DNA from: Nitrososphaerota archaeon
GTDB lineage: Archaea > Thermoproteota > Nitrososphaeria_A > Caldarchaeales > Calditenuaceae
DNA: 64,000 nt
Direction of reading: 5' to 3'
Assembly: GCA_041641295.1 (NCBI GenBank)
Contig: JBEPYO010000001.1
Coordinates: 384,001 to 448,000 of the forward strand
Both the position numbers and the translations under genes were made by a program. Below the pieces are notes generated by a model. It was not told the origin of the DNA. It did not search any database and saw only the letters and a program-made list of their open reading frames with translations. This document shows positions 60,764-64,000 of the stretch, piece by piece. How positions within the stretch are numbered: the first letter of the stretch is position 1; every line of letters begins with the position of its first letter.

Positions 60764-61891
60764 CTACTGGGCTATTTCTTTTGGGCCCAGGCTTATTTTG
60801 GTTAGGTAGAGGTTTTCGTCGGGTCCGGGTGTGAGGAATATTTTGTCGGGGTATAGGATTGAGAGTTTGTTTATTGTGTCTCGGACCATTGTTGGCGTTG
60901 CTATTTGGTTGTTTTCGAGTAGTCTCATGCAGACCGCCATCTCTAGTAGGCTTACCTTTACCGGCCCGCCTAGCCAGGCTGACATTGTGTTGAATGTCTG
61001 GACTAGCTCTCTGTTTAACGCCTCCCTAGAGGGCCGGCCTGTGTAGGGGATGAAGAGCGGTGCTAGCATTGTGAAAATGTTTTCGCGGAGTCGTGATGGC
61101 GGGTAGGTGAGCGCCTTAGCCACCACCTCCTTATGGCTTAGAATCTGGTCAGAGACTGTGTACCGCCCTCTCCTGTATCTGTTGAGTATCCCCAAGTCGA
61201 CGAGCCATTCGAGCCTGGGTGGGACCACGTGTCGGTACTTGGCGTAGAGGCTGCTTCTAATCCAGAGGGCCTTTGTGGCGTATTTCAGCCTCTCCTCCCT
61301 GAACCTCTTAGCCATCTCTATCTTAGAGAGAATCTCTCCCCGCGCCCTTTTCCCTGCCGCCGTTAGCAGCGATGCTAGAGCTTGGGGGTAGAGTTCCTCC
61401 ATGACGTAGTTCATAGCGTCTATTCTCGCGAAGGTCTCGTGTTCTAATGCCCACCTGATTATGCCTGGGAGTATTAGGTAGTCTTGTGTGAGTAGTAGCC
61501 AAGTGAAGAAGACCTTGTCCACCGGTTTGAGTGAGATCAAGTCTAGGAGTGTTAGCTTCGTCTCTCCTTTGAGGTATGCGTCAATAGGTGATATGCTCCG
61601 TGTGAAGGCGTAGATGATTCCATTCTCTCCGAGTCTTTGTGTTTGCCGGTTGATGAGACCCAGCTCTGCTGCAAAGGAGACATAGTTTCTCGCAGCCACC
61701 GGGCTCCGTATCAAACCTATGACGTCTTGCCCTACCTGATGCCCCTCTTCAAGCTTTTTCAAGCTCTCCTCCAACACGGCGGCGATAAATCCCGGAGAGA
61801 CCTCTCTGCCGTGGGACTCGGTCTTGGCTGCCCCAACTATCAAGCGGAGGTAGCCGAGCCTACATACTTCGCCGTGAGTCTCAAGTATCAA
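60764..61891 (-). CDS. Uncharacterised protein with probable tandem winged-helix domains
   Basis: ARNYVSFAAELGLI..RLGENG and PRLEWLVDLGIL..GRYTVS; TTGA overlap with the methyltransferase. Confidence 0.8.
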   Translation of the reverse strand: MILETHGEVCRLGYLRLIVGAAKTESHGREVSPGFIAAVLEESLKKLEEGHQVGQDVIGLIRSPVAARNYVSFAAELGLINRQTQRLGENGIIYAFTRSISPIDAYLKGETKLTLLDLISLKPVDKVFFTWLLLTQDYLILPGIIRWALEHETFARIDAMNYVMEELYPQALASLLTAAGKRARGEILSKIEMAKRFREERLKYATKALWIRSSLYAKYRHVVPPRLEWLVDLGILNRYRRGRYTVSDQILSHKEVVAKALTYPPSRLRENIFTMLAPLFIPYTGRPSREALNRELVQTFNTMSAWLGGPVKVSLLEMAVCMRLLENNQIATPTMVRDTINKLSILYPDKIFLTPGPDENLYLTKISLGPKEIAQ

Positions 61892-63078
61892 GTCAGGGCA
61901 ACACCCCTAAGCCGGGCCTCACCACCCCAATTAATGTTTACTTTGTTCTCAACCGCTTCTCCTTTCTCAAGCTCCAGTATTACTTCACCACTAACACCCT
62001 GCTTCGCGTCAAGATACATTAAATACTTGTTTTCTTTGGGTATGTTGTCGTAGACAATCCGCCTCACACCGAAGCCTGCCCTAACAGCTATTGGTTCCAC
62101 AAACTCGGCTAGGTCTATACGCTCGCCATTCTTCTTGACAACGCCTAGCACGACTACGCATGCCTTATCCCATTTCAATACCCTGAATATTTCCCTGAAG
62201 ACCTCGTCCATGAAGACTGCGAATTTTTGAAGGGAGTTTGAGTGGAAGAGCCTCTCCGCTACACTCTTATAGTCTTCTCCTAAGAACCATAGTCTTAGCC
62301 AGTTGTCCCAAGCGTATGTCTGCATGTTAAGGTAGGGTGGTGATGTGATGACGAAGTCGACAGACTCGTCCTGTATTGGGAGGCTTCTCGCGTCATGGCT
62401 GTATGCCGCGCCATCCACGAGGTGGACGTGGGACTGGAGGACCCTTCTCGCCTTCATTAGAAGGCACTTGGGCAGGCTTCTGAGAGGCTTCTTCAGCCCT
62501 AATATTCTTTTAGACCTGGCAACGTATCCTGGAGACATGGAGAATGAGTGTGAACACTTCACCGATAGGCTAAGACTGCTTGAGCCGTGTAGTATTCCGA
62601 GGATTAGCGCCTTGATGAACATTCCAGTCCTAGAGTAGTCATCCATTAAGAGCTCCCGCGCAGCTAGGATTTGCCTGAGGGTTTTCCTGTGATAGAAGAC
62701 TTGAACCTCCTCGGGAACGTCATCATCGACTCCCCTCTCGAGATATTCCCTATTTCTCGAAACCCACTCCTCCACCTGGCTGTATGTGATTGGCTGTACC
62801 TTCGCGTGTGTTAGCACATACGCCTCTGGCGCCAAATCGTTACCCACTCCCACCCGGCCTGTAACGCAGGCTTCAAGAGGGGCGGTCCCCTTCCCCGAGA
62901 AGGGGTCTAGGACCACATCGCCCGGTTGGGAGTATTTTACGATATAGTAGTGTGCCATGGCAGGTGGGAATGAGCCAGTCCTCGAGCATAGGCGGTGCAG
63001 CGATGACCCCCAAGCGTGTGGCGAATACTTCCAACTCCCGCTTAGTTCCCAGCTTGACACATGCTTTAACTCCAGCAT
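61888..63078 (-). CDS. Amino-DNA methyltransferase (probably N4-cytosine, alpha-type motif order)
   Basis: FPP, VLDPFSGKGT (motif I) before VITSPPY (motif IV), FRVLK. Confidence 0.88.
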   Translation of the reverse strand: MLELKHVSSWELSGSWKYSPHAWGSSLHRLCSRTGSFPPAMAHYYIVKYSQPGDVVLDPFSGKGTAPLEACVTGRVGVGNDLAPEAYVLTHAKVQPITYSQVEEWVSRNREYLERGVDDDVPEEVQVFYHRKTLRQILAARELLMDDYSRTGMFIKALILGILHGSSSLSLSVKCSHSFSMSPGYVARSKRILGLKKPLRSLPKCLLMKARRVLQSHVHLVDGAAYSHDARSLPIQDESVDFVITSPPYLNMQTYAWDNWLRLWFLGEDYKSVAERLFHSNSLQKFAVFMDEVFREIFRVLKWDKACVVVLGVVKKNGERIDLAEFVEPIAVRAGFGVRRIVYDNIPKENKYLMYLDAKQGVSGEVILELEKGEAVENKVNINWGGEARLRGVALT

Positions 63079-63216
63079 CTCGCGAGCGAGGCAACCCTTG
63101 CACCAGCATCTTTAACTATTGAGACGATTCTAATGCATCAGACTACTATATTATATCCAGGTGTAATATACTGGGAATGTCGAGAGCCTCAGAGTGGAGC
63201 TCCTCTGCCTATTACT

Positions 63217-63786
63217 TCAGACTGTCGCCTTGAATATCGGGAGAATCCCTAGGTATTCCACATCTTCGAACACTCCACCCTCCAAGAGGATTGCAGCCTT
63301 CTTGCGGACCCTCCCACCAGCCATAACGACGAGCTTCTCCAATGCGGAGAGGGTCTCCCTTGTACTCACTATGTCATCCACAATCCCCACATTTTTATCC
63401 TTGATGTATGGGACGTAGCGTCCATCAATGCAGAGCTTTATCGGGGCCTTGCTGGTCACTGGCTTGCACTCGGTGACCAGCGGGTTTATCATGAAGGGCT
63501 TCAACTCTTTTCTCGCCACTATGTATCTCTTGTGGTCTAGGATTTTGGCGATCTCGTGAACTAGCGGTATGCCTTTGCTCTCCGACGTGACCAGTATGTC
63601 GCACTCCCTTAGCCTCTCTGAGAGCTTCTCGGCGCACTTGGATATGAACTCCCTGTCTCCTAGGCTGTCGAAATAGGCTATCCACGTGTCCTCTGCTACT
63701 TTGAGGAGTGGGAGCCTACGCCTGATGCCCTCAACCTCTATCTCGTAGTATTCCCTATTCTGGTAGGGGAGGATTACCTCCTTCAC
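63217..63786 (-). CDS. Type I phosphoribosyltransferase (APRT-like)
   Basis: ESKGIP, ARK, VGIVDDIVSTRET, YLGILPIF. Confidence 0.88.
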   Translation of the reverse strand: MKEVILPYQNREYYEIEVEGIRRRLPLLKVAEDTWIAYFDSLGDREFISKCAEKLSERLRECDILVTSESKGIPLVHEIAKILDHKRYIVARKELKPFMINPLVTECKPVTSKAPIKLCIDGRYVPYIKDKNVGIVDDIVSTRETLSALEKLVVMAGGRVRKKAAILLEGGVFEDVEYLGILPIFKATV

Positions 63787-63810
63787 GGCTGATAGCGTCT
63801 ATGCTCTGGA

Positions 63811-64000
63811 TTAAAAGTTTAGCACGTCTTGGTCGCGGTGCTGGATTCCGAGGGTTTCGGCTATATATCGGATCGTGTGTCTCACTTTTAACCCGGTGAA
63901 TTGTCTGAGCTGTTGTGCGCAGACGCTGCTCTCGGTTGCAATCTCCATGCAGCCTGTCCCCAGTATGATTTCCGCGACCCTCCGGCCTATCTCCGCGCTT
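63811..64000 (-). CDS. C-terminal end of a GlpC/GlcF-like CCG-domain protein (enters from window end)
   Basis: Manual translation SAEIGRRVAEIILGTGCMEIATESSVCAQQLRQFTGLKVRHTIRYIAETLG...NF*; resembles the GlpC tail S..IG...T.C..C..Q....TG..V.HP. Confidence 0.65.
   Translation of the reverse strand, partial: SAEIGRRVAEIILGTGCMEIATESSVCAQQLRQFTGLKVRHTIRYIAETLGIQHRDQDVLNF

Noticed and set aside
63217-63786. PRTase as a third component of the methyltransferase module
   Set aside because: Separated by about 140 bp with its own AT-rich promoter-like spacer and looks like an ordinary purine salvage enzyme.

Overview
Chromosomal-type DNA from a thermophilic TACK-type archaeon. The gene set (archaeal r-proteins L32e/L19e/S19e, TBP, aIF2-beta, aIF5A, CarS, RNase P proteins, ESCRT-III/CdvB paralog, GAPN, half-size heme A synthase) and an unlinked GC-rich 16S gene suggest an Aigarchaeota/Caldarchaeales-like lineage; this is inference, not a phylogeny. 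The window is dense with housekeeping genes, plus a glycerol module (GlpA-CoxG-NagD, GlpK), a beta-glycoside ABC transporter/GH1 locus, a Tat/Mrp/MoaE cluster, one tRNA-Asn, a solitary archaellin and an AT-richer kelch-protein islet. No CRISPR array, transposase or integrase was recognised. Most notable observations: (1) the two window ends carry the N- and C-terminal parts of what looks like one GlpC-like gene, same strand and compatible phase, hinting at a circular or permuted contig of just over 64 kb; (2) an SPPY-type DNA methyltransferase coupled to an uncharacterised multi-winged-helix protein next to the 16S gene; (3) compensatory changes at normally invariant 16S decoding-centre positions; (4) at least two genes that need non-canonical start codons; (5) a ubiquitin-like SAMP/MoaD protein with a capped GG tail.
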